From NCBI GenBank assembly GCA_040954595.2, contig CM082576.2, forward strand, positions 4,128,760 through 4,192,759: 64,000 bases of DNA, given 5' to 3'. The position numbers and the translations under genes are program-made. The notes beneath the pieces are model-generated. The model saw nothing but the letters and a program-made list of their open reading frames with translations, searched no databases and was not told the origin of the DNA. Every line of letters starts with the position of its first letter. Positions within the stretch are counted from its first letter, which is position 1. Below are positions 10,774 through 24,300 of this stretch, in pieces. Origin of the DNA: Balanoglossus misakiensis (Eukaryota; Animalia; Hemichordata).

Positions 10774-12155
10774 CTGTTGAGAAAAAGGGACTATAGTTAC
10801 ACACAGAGATTTCGATGAGGTGGTTACTTCAGTTACAATGTAAAAACTTTTCTCAGGGAGGAATATACTCTTGATGAAGAACTACGACTTTTGGATGTAC
10901 AAGTTCTTTAAAGGTCCATTATCTGAAATTTCTAGTCGCAGAGAATTTTCTGAACGTTGCATATCTGTCAATCAAAAGAGGTGCCCAATCAAATCATACG
11001 GAGGGACGTTTTGAGTCGCGCGTGTCAATGGACTACTGTTATGTAAATCATCCCAAGACCCACCCATACGAATATTCATATCAACTGGAAGAGTACAAAA
11101 TCGTACAGTCACTTTGCCTGGCGACACGCCATACGCATACACTACCATGGCATCTATGGTACATGGAGGGATTATCCACAGGTACAGCAGACTGTGCGTA
11201 TAGAGTCTAGAAACTCACCCGGTACACTAGTTCCCAGAGCCACAAATGAGATGGCAGTCACCGAGTCCTTCAGCCCAACCGTACAACCAAAGTGAGAGGC
11301 AATATCTCCAATGATTGCGGTCAGAAAACCGATGCAACTGATTGACACAGCAAAGCAAGCCCACCCACTCCAGATGTCTGTGGGCGGTATGAAGGCAAAC
11401 AGAATCTTCCAGAAAATGGACAAGAAATGCATGACGTAATCCATGCAGGATGGTAACTTTTCCTCGCCATCTTCATCCTCGTCACCTGCAATAAATCAAA
11501 GATCAAAAAATTTTAATAAGAGAGACAAACTACTCCATTGGCCTTAGCAGGCATAAAAATGGGGGAATCTATCTTACTAACTCCATTGGTTTGAAATAAA
11601 CTTAGAATTTCCTCATCATCATTCTCACCTGAGCTGACGGTAATAGCTTCAGTAAACTGTTCCCTCCAGGAAGATGTACCGACTACCAGAGACAAATTGG
11701 CCTTCTTGATCAGCTTGTCAACCGTGTTCTGCAAAGCAGGTTCGCAAACACAAATTGAAGGTTTTTAAAAATTCAACGGCACGTGAATGGACAAAATTGT
11801 CCCACTGTCATGGCTTAACCCTCTCACCCATAGTTCTCCGATCCTACCCTGGTGTTTCCAACCAGAATGGGTGGAACCATGCACAAGAAAAAGGGGGTGA
11901 AAGGGCTAAAGACGGGCAAACCACAAACATTTCAGTGATACTGCAGATCAGTGACCAAAGTTAGTGTACCTTAAATTCGGTGCTTTCCAGAATCAGAATT
12001 TCACATTTATTCAGATCTCCCAGCCTGGGTTTGCCCATGTCAGCGATACGTTTCTCCTCCACTGTCATGTTATTGTATTGACTGTTTTCTCCGGCTTCGT
12101 AGGCTGAGTCCTCATCATCGTCACTTCCTGTAACAATAATAATAATACATGTAGT

Positions 12156-12208
<53 letters not shown>

Positions 12209-12262
12209 CCACCACCACCACCACCACCACCACCACCACCACCACTACCACCATCATCCTCG

Positions 12263-12345
<83 letters not shown>

Positions 12346-15300
12346 TTTTGTCCAGTGTCCATACAGTTTCTTGTTCCATTACTAAATAGCAGGTTCTATG
12401 AGGCACAATGACTAGCTGCAGAGTCACCCACTCATTCCAGGGCCCATTCACCTTGTTTAGTCCATTTTTAACTGCATGGGGATCAAATCACTGATGGCCT
12501 TCACGTTAAAAGGCTGCACGCACAAACTTCAATTGAAATGTCAAATTAACACACCATGTTTAATAGCCTTAATTCCTTGATTAAACTGATGCGATTCAAT
12601 TAAATAAACATGTTTTCTTTCAGCTTATTGATTTCTTCATTTAATTGTGTGATGTCATTCGAATGTCTAAATACGCACATGGAACGTGAAATCTGCAAGT
12701 GTTTATCGAAAAATTGGCATATTGATGGCTGGGGGGAGGGACTTCAGTTAATTAGCTTGTGAGTGCAGACAGGGAAATAATCCTGTCAAGTGCATTAAAC
12801 ATTCAAGGTTTCACACACTTTATTGTTCACTAGTACGTGGAGTTTATAGAGAGGAATCTCTTTATTCAGGGTTACTTCATGACTTTCAACTTAAAATACG
12901 AATACTGCAAGTTTAGACTGACAGCAAACAATCCAGTGAACCACAGATTAAATCTACATCAACATGTATACTCAAAATAGACTAAACACAATTAATGTCA
13001 TTTCTAATAAAGTAGTGACTGTTCAACATTCCCCTTCTCATGAACAGAGCTTCATAAAGATAATTTTTGTGAATACACAGATGACATCTGATACACATTA
13101 TGAAAGATATAAGCAGATCCAATCAGTAGCCAATCCACTATATTAACTGTTTAACATTTCATTTTCACCATTAAACATTGATTTCAAAGCTTAAAATAAC
13201 TATCGATAAAGGACCGCAGGCAACATACTCTGGTGAAAAATCTACAGAGCTTGTGAAAAAGTATCTGATTGCAGTTTTATTTTTAGCACACACAAACAAA
13301 TCGCACATGTCTGAGAGCAAAAAACAGAGACTATTTTTAGCTGGGCTCATTATTATACCTTGCTGCGTGACATTTTACAGAAATGTCTTCTATTAAATTT
13401 AATCCTAACAGTTACTACTCTATCTCTATATATACAACTATAGCTGCATAATTACCAGCTGTCTCATGCAGGGTTTTAAAATATGAGGATGGTGGGTATG
13501 TGGGTATATACTTGCATCCGTGATGTCCCCTTGAAAGACATCGTCACCGCTATGTTTTGAATTCCTGTCACTAAGCCATATTTCCTTAGAAAATATTATT
13601 TCAATCCTTGGCAATCCTAGCCAGCATCCATCAAATTTTGGGCACTTTACTCTTTCTGTAACAGATACAATGTACATCCGGCAATTGGGCTTTTGCTGGA
13701 TGGATGATGATAGTTTCAATAAAACAAACTGCATTACTCGGGTCAGCCTGGGTTCAATACGAATTTTCACAACAAGCTTTTAGGGTTACAGTGTAAAATG
13801 TAACTTGACAGGCTCTAATTTCCAATCTACTCACGTCTCAAGGTAATGTGGTGACAAATGGAAAAGCAGTTCAATTTTTCAACACATCAACTCTTCTAGA
13901 TAGTTCAAATGGAATGCTTTAAAATGCCAACAGAACAGCTAGGTCAAATGCTACACCCACACTGTCACACAAATAAAGGTAAACACATTTGACAATCTCT
14001 TCATTCAGTGGAGTCAGCAAGCAATGCTCAGCAATATATTGTCTCATGTTTATCTGTAGTTCTAAAATATAAATATAGTATAGCGATAATTTTTACAAAA
14101 TACTAAATGTCATCTCTGCAGGCTTTATGTTTTTTGGTGTATGTATGCACGACACTAAAGACAGCAATTTCTCATCTTGTGTTGAAGGTGCTGGGATTAC
14201 AACAGGTAACATTTGACAGAACAAGGATGGAGGAGGCAAAATTTTAATTACTACATCCAGATCCGTTGTATAGCGCCCTCAACTGTTGACCAGCAACTTT
14301 GCTGTGACCTGACTGTGCGCTATCACACATCACCGACGGCTACATACAAACACACATGCAAATGTAAACGACCTTTTCTATCAAATGAATATGTGTAATT
14401 TTTAAAATACTTTTCCGCCAAAGACTTTAGACAGCTTAAGAGCATCTGTTTAAGTGATAATCTGTATTGATTAATTATGGCAGGTGTATTCCGCGTACAT
14501 GTGCCGAGAGCCAGGCACAAAATTCCACAAATACTCCAAGTGCCGGTCATATTTTCACACCCTGACCCTAATCTCTGCCACCAACCAACACGTGGGCAAA
14601 CACAGAGCTACCACATTCTTATTTCCATGCACAGCACAGACAGGATTTTTTTTTCTCGACAAAAATGACGGTGAACTCTTATTTGTGTGCCTGCGCCAGC
14701 TGGGCAGACTCACAGTGCACCCTGGGAGTTCATTGGCCTGTCTGGGGTGTTAAGCCCCTGTTTGAGAGCCCATCCATGCATGTATGCATGGAGTTGTACT
14801 ATCTAACATATTTACACCTTCTATAATTAGTATAAATATGGATGAAAACTCAAAATATGGCATCTTGCATATTGTAGATGTGGTTTTCCACACTTTGTAA
14901 AGGTGATCAACTGCAAAAACAGATGAGCAAGTTTATTATGAACCATTTTAAAAATGTCGGAATTCTATTCTCTGATATAATGTTCTCTCTGAATAATATC
15001 GAAATATAGCTATTAAAACTTTAATGCTGATCACTTAAAGAAGGTAGATAAAAACGTAATAAATTTATTACGGGTGCTACAAATAGACCACATATGGTTT
15101 AATCCGAAAACAGCCAATTAAGACTGTGAACAAAAAAGTTATTAATTAACAACTCATTTGTGCACAAGTTGAACAACTTTAATTGACTGTATCCATGGGG
15201 ATGAGGGAGATTTGTCAGAAAATGACCAGATGATGCGAGAAAGATTTAACCCACAGTTTTGGGTAATAATACAAATGTATGCTGAAGGACGGTGCACAGA

Positions 15301-18300
15301 GGTCAAAGTTGATAGGGTGAAGAAATTACCCAGCACACATGTTTTACCGGTCACAGCAAAACACTCTCCGAATCAGCTGGCTTCTAATTTCAAATGAATT
15401 CCACTTCAACATTCTCTGCATGCTGTCACACTCTGATACAATTACATCATTTAATGTCATGTACCTAAATTGCTACGACTGCAGTACGGGAGCAAAAAAA
15501 ACAGCCACGGGAATGCCGAGGTGCTCAATAGAACAGGAAATCACCCGAAACGGTCTCATAATGTGACTTTAAATGATTTTCATGTCTCCTCATCATTATG
15601 TATCTGCTAACATCCCTCGATAACCCTAGTTTTTTTTTATCTAACTCCTGATATTAATCATGGATCACACAGTTGAAGTTTCTGAATACAATTAATCGCA
15701 CATGACAACTGCCATGCCGCCATAATGAAAGCTGTCATCTTTTTCCCATTTACAATATTAAAGCAACGAATGATGTTTGAAAACCAGAAATTAGAAGAGA
15801 ATAACTTTTTGATGAAGCAATAAAGTATCCCAGCAGATAATTACATCATAATTATTATCGGTGGTAGCAATTGTCGTTACACTGAAACCCAGAACAACCT
15901 CAGCTGAATTTATGCATTTAATATCACGAAATCATTCCTATCACTCATCTGGGTTGCCATAGTAACAACACCCACCATTATCTGTCACGGTGCCATTTGT
16001 CTCAAACAGCTGGTACGTAGCCTCCAGCAAAAGACAGAGAATACATCAGCAATTTCTTTGAATATGGTTATCAGATGTACAGTTACATAGAACTTGCTGG
16101 TCTAAATATGACGTGGGTCTATCAAGAATGAACCATGGTATCAATTAATACATGAATGAATAACACTTGTTCATTTTGGAGTCAGGCTGTATTTGATGAG
16201 AGTCCTGTACACAAGGAAAGTTTTCTGCATCTTGCTTTGTGTTTATAACTTATTGTGAACACTGTAAGACTTCATTTCACTTGCTACCAGTTCACGAAAC
16301 AGTCCGACATCACTTTAGTTGCCAATTACTCTGTATTTGAATATTAAAGTTCAATCTGTTTGTTCAGCAACTATTATCAGTCTCTTTTTCATCATATTTA
16401 TTTTTATGCATTCTCAGTAATGCTGTTTGTTGGTGTTTTTGAGAACAGATGTTGATTGAATGATTGATATATTCCGACATAATAAAACCAGTGGCGGTGA
16501 CTCATTCTTGATAGGGATTAAATATACTCCCAATGATTAGAGTGCTGCCTGTAATAAGTGTCTCAGTAGATTGCCTAGGAAATGCTGAATACGGTGATAT
16601 ATTAAACTTCTAGTGGAAACACAATGATGCAGTGATTCATTCCCGAGCTGGCAGATTTCTGTACCCTGGATTTAATCTATTTCAAGTGTTCACGTACGCA
16701 CATACATGTACATTTGTACATGTATACCCCGATGTATACTCATGCACAGACAGACACAGACACAACTTGGTTCCACATGTCATTGGGCGGAAAAACGGTA
16801 TATACATGGTGGCAATGGTGGCTTCAAGAGTGAAGCACATACTGGCGTTCATTTACATTGTGCATGTAGACCCTGAAAGCAAGATCGGTCAGGTGGATGC
16901 ATGGTGACCTTCCAGGAGGAAAAAATACTTGGCTTATAACACCGGGGAGATATCTCATGTACTTTTGATAAAACGATTCCTCGTGCAAATGCCAGGTCTA
17001 TGTTCTCTTTGGTTTTTCAATCAGAAATCTGCTTTCGCATTCATGAGTCGGTAATCCACACAAACCAGGACACCACTTGGCTCTCAGTACCTGACATAGT
17101 TTAATTGAATTATCATCGCAAACGAATTAACAGGCACGATATATCCCATAATACTCACCATTGCCCCTCTTTATCAGCTTGGGTTCCCCTAGCTCTACAA
17201 AGAAGTTTTCGTTTTTCTCGTACTCTTCGTCGTCAATGATTCTGATGGTGATGTACTGACTGTGAAAGAATGATAAAAAAAGACAAAATTGCAGTTAAAT
17301 TACCATTCGTGCCAATATCAACCACTGATTGAAAATCTATACTTAGTATCTATGATCATACTAACATGTACCTCAGATATATGATATGTAAGTACATGTA
17401 CATGTAGTTCCTTTTATGTGTGTGGGCCTCTAACGTCATAGGATTTGCTGCCAACAATACAGTGGCTATTACTTATGTACTGGTGCCATAGATACGATTA
17501 AGTAAGAGCACAGATATCATTTCATGAACTTCAACGAATAAAGGCTCCAGCACCTGCCGCTGTAGCCGATACAGAAGGCCCTTGTAAAACGATACTTCTC
17601 CCGTTTCCAAGAAGCAGGGAATTACGCTCAAGGTGTTTCCAAGGAGCAAATGGATGTCAATTAACACAGATAATAACCCCATTTTTTTTAAATGTCACAG
17701 GTGATGAATATGCGTTTCAACAGGGAAGGTGTGTCGATCACTCTCACGTCACCGAGTCACTCAGGGTTCAGTTTTAATGCAGAGAATTGTATCATTCATC
17801 AAGAATTGCAGATGACAAAAAAAAACTCTTTTCTCATTTTGCTAGATGTGGAATATTCCACAAATGAATTCATCAGTAAATTTTTAATGTAATTATGAAT
17901 GGGATCAGGCATGATTCCGTGTCATTCCAAGGCACATCTTGAATTAACACTGGAAAGGAGAAATGCCGAATGCCGGAACAGGCCTCTCTCTTGTTCCTCA
18001 GAGGAATGAGAGCCTGTTTAGAAATGCAAAGTGTACTAAACATCCGCCATTTACGTGATTCCTAGGTGAAAGCATAAAAATACTCTAAATGGTGTTTGCA
18101 CAGCAATGCAATGACACTGCAAAAAAAAAACTTTAATAATACTGCCCAAGGACATGCAGTCTGAAATAGCATCGCAGTGGAGCTGGATATAAGAAGGCTT
18201 TACTGGAGAATACTAAAGAGCATTTCAGAAGTAATTCTCAGGACAGCTGCTCGCATGATGTCTCTCCCTAACGAGATTTGCCATCGCCAGCAGAAAAGCC

Positions 18301-21300
18301 CAGACCACAAACACCAGCCGTGCCTACAGGACACAATCAGCTACTAAAACCACTGCTTTCAGAATTGACATGAATGAATTATTCAAAACCAAGGAAATTA
18401 CATTTTCTCCCGCGGCAGCATGTGAAAATTGCATCTGACAATGAAAAATCGGTGATTACTCGTTTAAGATGCCAAACCTGGCAGACATTTCTCACCACAA
18501 TTAATCGTTCTAATTAACATTCAGTTTAATTTCTACCTGATAAAATAAAAGCAAATATTATCTTTTTTCATAGAATTATTCCACTGCTTTATTTAATTAT
18601 AGAAAATGACAGGTGCATTTTATATCAGAAATTATGCTCTAAAACTAAAAATTATAATTGAAATTATTAGAAATTTATGGTAAGTAACTGACAATGCTGC
18701 TTCATTCACAGTACTTCAATACATGACACCATGTCAAAACATAACTCCGCTCGCTGAATTAGGAAGAATGTTGGTATCTCATGGGATTCAATGAACACAG
18801 CAAATAGTCATTGTATGATTTGTACTGGGGGCACCATGTCAAACACCTGGAATGTATGAAGACCCATCAGGCTCTTTGAAACAGCGGTTCTTATTGGCCT
18901 TCAACAGTCCAACACATACGCAATCATTTCAAATGAGTAAGAAGACAGTTTAACCTGGGAATAGAACACATCAATCCATTTCCACACAGTCACATTTTAG
19001 ACCACACCCCCTGCAAAATCACAAGATCACATGAATTTCACATCCAATTAATTGACATAACAATTTTGCCCTCAAAATAAATTAAACATGAGCATGAGTA
19101 TCAACTACAGAATACACACAAGAATCAATGGGTAAACAACCTTGCTATTTTATGAATATTGATTCTTGGCCTAATTTTACCAACCACCATAAATTCAAAA
19201 TCATACCAGTAACTCTAGAACCATTTAATGATACAACTATATGCACACACTGCTGTATCTGATTAATTAAAAATAATCAACAAATGCGATCACATTGAAT
19301 CGAAAAGCATGTTTACACAACAGACAAACCATTTACTGCAATGTCAGCCCTGTTCAACACATTTGTCACCTATGTCTGAAGGCCAGTAACATCATTTAAA
19401 TGGAAATGTACATCAATGCATGACTTAATGACGTCATTACAAGGAGGAGGATGTAATACAATTTAAAAGAAATTTTTATTTGCGGTTTTAATATTAATTC
19501 AAACTACTCCAATGCATCTTGCATAATATTCACAAAGTATTTGTCATTCTAACATACGAAAGTACACCTAACGAGGACAAATGACTCCAGCATGAGAATT
19601 TTGCTCATAGAAGCAATTACCTGGTACTTTTCTAATTAACATTCCAGCGAGCCTTAAATTGCAATGCAACAGGAATTCACCAGCTAAAAAGAAGTGAATT
19701 TCTAAGTTACACTCAGAATGGACAATGAACAAACAGACATGCATGCCAGTATATTTAATCTCATCGAATGTTAGAGGGAAGTCCACTGTCATCCACAACT
19801 TCATTTTGCCCCTTCCCGAAGCCCCACTCAGTCAGTGAATCAGATTTATACAATCGCTAAACAGTTCAATATAATACACTTTACATTTAACTGACACATT
19901 TTTTCCGTCCTGAAAATTAAGCATCGTCAATGCGATTCACTGAACTGGAATACCGCAAATTGAAGAAGATGACATGTACGTAGCCATCCAATAAAACCTA
20001 GCCAACCGGGGTTTGACTGACACCAGGCACGACATTACTATACCATTATTGTTCTTTCTTTTTCCCTGTTTAGAAATCTTCACTAGCGATGATGAAACCA
20101 GCCCTACTGACTACGGAAAAAAAACTGACAATGAACAGAACGAAGAAAAGTACACAAATCAATCTGTGTACTCACAGACATCAATTTAAACATGAAGCAT
20201 TCTCCAAGCCCAGAATTCTGATCAGCAATCATCTTGAGTTAACAATTGAGCTTTCACTTCAGCCTTTATCTGTCAGTCGAGTAATTATTCAAACCCTGGC
20301 ATTCTGGTTTTTTTTAAATGAAGCTTTTGATGTGGTTGGAGGGGAAAAATCAATCATTGACACTTATCACCTTCTGGTGCTCAAAGTTCTGACTTGCACG
20401 ATTTTCATCGGGGTCTTAAATTCTAATTTTTTGTCCACTTATTGAAATGACTGCATTGGGAATATGATTTATTGGTTGTGGTTGCTTGGTATTTTTGGTC
20501 GGAGTTTCTTCATCGGTGGTATCAATCACTGCAGCTGTGTTGGATTATTTCAACAACTCACCTTTATTAGAACATTTTCACTTCATGAAATGTACACACA
20601 TGGATACTCAAGAACAACCGACACATGTTTTGTATGATCCGCCGTGTTTCTACCACCATCAATGTCAAGGTCTGTGTTACTAATGGCTAACACGAAGGTC
20701 ATAAAGATGTATAGGTATTTTTAACAAGCATGGATTACAAGCGCGTACATCCAAATTGATGGGCAGTACCAGCTTGCAACATTTTTAATTGAGCTGTAAA
20801 ACCTATACGTTTGGCTGTAACTTTTTTGGCTATTTTTTGGTATTTATGTCATGTGCATCAGCTGCAGTTGCCTTAACAAAAATTTGAAATACCGGTATTT
20901 AGCTCGTCAAGAAAAAGCCCATGTGTGTACAGTCAGCAATAATTTGTTGATGAAAACTGAACACAGAGTCCAGACTTTAAAATGCCAATATCGATTGGTT
21001 GAATAGAAATGTTTTAAAAAATTATAATGGCCCTTTAAAACAGAAAACACGAGCAGCTCTATCTCTCTAAGATGTAAAAAAATCACTCCCAACCCCCTCA
21101 GCAAATTACTCATGCACATAGACTTTATGATGCATGCTAATGAAGGTATGAATGAGGAAACAGCATTTTACTTGAGGCCTAAGAAGGTAAAGGAAACATT
21201 CACTGAAAAAAGCTTTAAAGTTTCCCAATGGATGAAACTAAACTTTTCTTTCCTAGAAACAATACAACGAACAGCATTGTGGTTAAAAAAACGTTGGTCA

Positions 21301-24300
21301 GGAACTGGAACAGGACAGGCTAAGTAATTTTATCCTTCTCTTGATAATTTACCATCAATGTTTAACTGGATAGCCATTTTTGAAAAACTTATGCACATTA
21401 AAAATACATTAAATTACATGCATTTTAATATATATAATGTCCAGGAGGTAGCCCGCATGTACCTGAGAATAATTTTTACGAGAAAGTTAAACCAGACTGG
21501 TGAAAGATGTCACGACCTGTGATTTTACGGCTATCAAATTGATTTCAATTGATGCACATGTTACATGCCATGTGAACAAACTGAAATTCATGCTGATCAC
21601 AGATAAGTGCCTGTTCTGTCTTCCTACATGATATCGTTGGCCACTCTCTCTTTCAACCATCCTCAGATCATTGTATGTGTTTTTCAAGACGTCTTCCGTC
21701 ATTTGATCCATGATCAGCGACTTACTCATGTTCCCAATCATCTTAACAACTGAGACGAAATATCACATATAAACAACTTGCAAAATGTTGTCTGTGTTCC
21801 AAAAAGCCAATAACAGTCTCATAATTGAAGCAAATTAGTCTTTGATATATCTGACAAAATTTAGCAACAGAAACTATTCTTTTTGTCTCTTAAGTTATTG
21901 ATATTTGAATTGTTTTAAAGGCGTATGTACAACACACAGCTGATGCTAACTGGGAGGGGGGAGAGTCACACATGATAATTTCAATGTTAACCATATACAT
22001 ATATACATGTAAGTTTGGGATACTGCAATAGACTACTCAGGTACTTTCTGTGTCATCCTTCTATCTCATCATTCCACACAAACTGAACAAACGAGAGGCG
22101 AGACTAAGTAAATCACACTCAACTATTACAGTCTTTCAGAAAATAAATATAAGCTGATCACTGGACTGAGTCACTTGAACATGCTTTCATGTGTATTTCT
22201 CTCGCTAAATGTGGAAACACTCCTTGCATTAAAATGTGCTGAATTAATCCCTAATGGATAGCAAGCCGTCCTACGGTCCATACAAAGTGGAATTACATTT
22301 GACTCTTAACAGATAACAGATATGTATTATCTTTTCCATGGACAGATAAAAAACACCGTTTTCTGTCCCCTTTAATTACCAACGATGGGAAAATAAAATT
22401 ATTAGTGTTCAAAGCTAATTTCGTGAAATGTTGGAGACAAGAGTATGCCACTGTCAAGGAACTGAGGGTAATTAATTGAAAGAAAACAAAATATTCAGTT
22501 TATGACATTTGTGAAAAAAACGCCTCTCATTTTTCTTATTGCATCAATAATCAATCGTTAAAATAGATCAATGAACAACACAAATGACATTTAATGTCTA
22601 ATACAAACAGTTCCATGAAATGAAAATATTGACTACAAAACATCCCAGCGGGCGCATTTTCTTTTTTGCCTGGATTCATTCGCATCACAATTCAGGCAGA
22701 AATTTGCTTCTTCTTGCTGATCGCTGTCTAATATCTGCAACACAGAAGGTGCTCTTCGCAGCATTAATATGTAGCTAAAAATAGCCATGCGTCGTTGATT
22801 TGAATTCAAACTGCGGTCAGGTGTCCGACGTTACATTCAATGTAATCAAACAGACAGACGTGTGGGAGGGTGCTCTGCTTGTATGACACTGTGTCAGCGA
22901 AGACACAGTCACCGTGGAAACACATCCAGTTCTCATCACAGGAAGCGTTTTTTGCATATCAAGGAGAGTGCTAAAAATGCGTCAATTTCCACCCTCCTAG
23001 GCATCGGTTGCTAGGCAACGGGAAGATGTGATAATAGGGGCACTGTCTCATATTCTCCTTTTCAGAGTACAACCGTACAATCCGAGCACTCAAGGCCTCA
23101 CTGTGTACACACTGCAGTTAGTGCTGGCAGCATTTTTAAAGTGTTTGCTTGACAAACTCTATCTAATCACTGCAGATTTTATGATTATCAACCGATGAAC
23201 TTACGATGAACTTACAGAAGACTTGGCTTTCCTCTTTCGACTGACAATTCGGCTGCAAAGGAGGCATTCGCAAAGGCAGCTTTTTTTAACAACCCCTGGA
23301 AAACATGTACCCCACAAAGTATGTCATGTTCACTTCAGGGAGCTGTAAATCGCAAAATACTGTACTTTTGTTAAAATTGAATAAAATATGGAAATGGATG
23401 GCACCCTTCAGGTCATTCATGGACTGCGTAAACATGATTAGACAAGTCAATCAAATTCTTGTGAAAAAAGATGTTTCTAGAGGAGGATGTTTTGATGCAA
23501 TGTATAACAACCTTCACCTCTTGGGTCAATGTCACGTAGCTGCATGACTATGCAGTCATTATAAGCATTTTCCTTTGCTTAACTCTTCCATACATACATG
23601 CATTGCGTAGGTCACTTTTGTTGTGTGCTTTAATCCAATACGGGTGCCTGGTGGTCATTAATTATTAACAACTTGAAAATGACCATCAACTTGAATGAAT
23701 CAATTTAGGCCGAAATATCTTGTCGTCATTCCAAGATGGAAAGAAAGTAGTTTAAGCAGAATCTGATGCCCGACAGCAGTTTTAAAGCATATCCGATGCA
23801 CAGCACTGAATACAGATGGGTGGGCATATGCAAGCATGCATGAAGCCCACACAAATATGCTGAGACTAGTGAGTACCATCTCAGGTTGCTTCCTTCTTTC
23901 AAGTGGTCTATTTGTGACTGCACAGGCAATATTCAACCTTGAGCAAACATGTCAGCAATAGCAATTTTCTAGCCACTTCTGTTCATGGAAGACATTTTGC
24001 ACGTTTGTATTTCCTTATTTTTTCCCATATCACAAACAAGATGGCAAGCTGACAGCTCAACAAAACAATTGATTATATCTGCAAAAAGCAAACCGAGATA
24101 ACCAGGAAACTGATGTACATGTAGTAATGATAAGCTCTGATCTGCAACGAACATTTCCTCCAGGATATCAAGAAGATAGCAATACTGTATAGGTCACTTT
24201 TGTTTTGTGCTTTAATCCAATATGTCTGCCTTGTGGTCATTAATTTTATCAGCATAAGGCTGAAATTAACATTTCCTGCAGGATCTTCTCAGGACGATAG

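Noticed and set aside
10908-11025. TTAAAGG-starting possible Kolobok-like element end; a similar GGGCTTTAA end lies near 6771
   Set aside because: No matching opposite terminus or second copy was found in the window.
11961-12362. 133-aa poly-Met/poly-Val ORF as a stand-alone gene
   Set aside because: It is microsatellite translation fused to a real NCX exon; only 12127-11970 is supported as coding.
13300-13395. Candidate NCX cassette or microexons (31, 28 or 4 nt)
   Set aside because: None preserves the phase-1 reading frame with a convincing donor.
14270-14288. CTCF-like motif (CAGTTGAGGGCGCTA on the - strand)
   Set aside because: It is a single partial match that deviates in the core and cannot be supported without data.
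17473-17682. ORF with a faint resemblance to the CBD2 exon (IDIHLL...CFLETGE vs ITIRII...FFVELGE) as a mutually exclusive exon B
   Set aside because: There is no AG acceptor or GT donor at the matching positions, and all the acidic residues are missing; probably coincidence.
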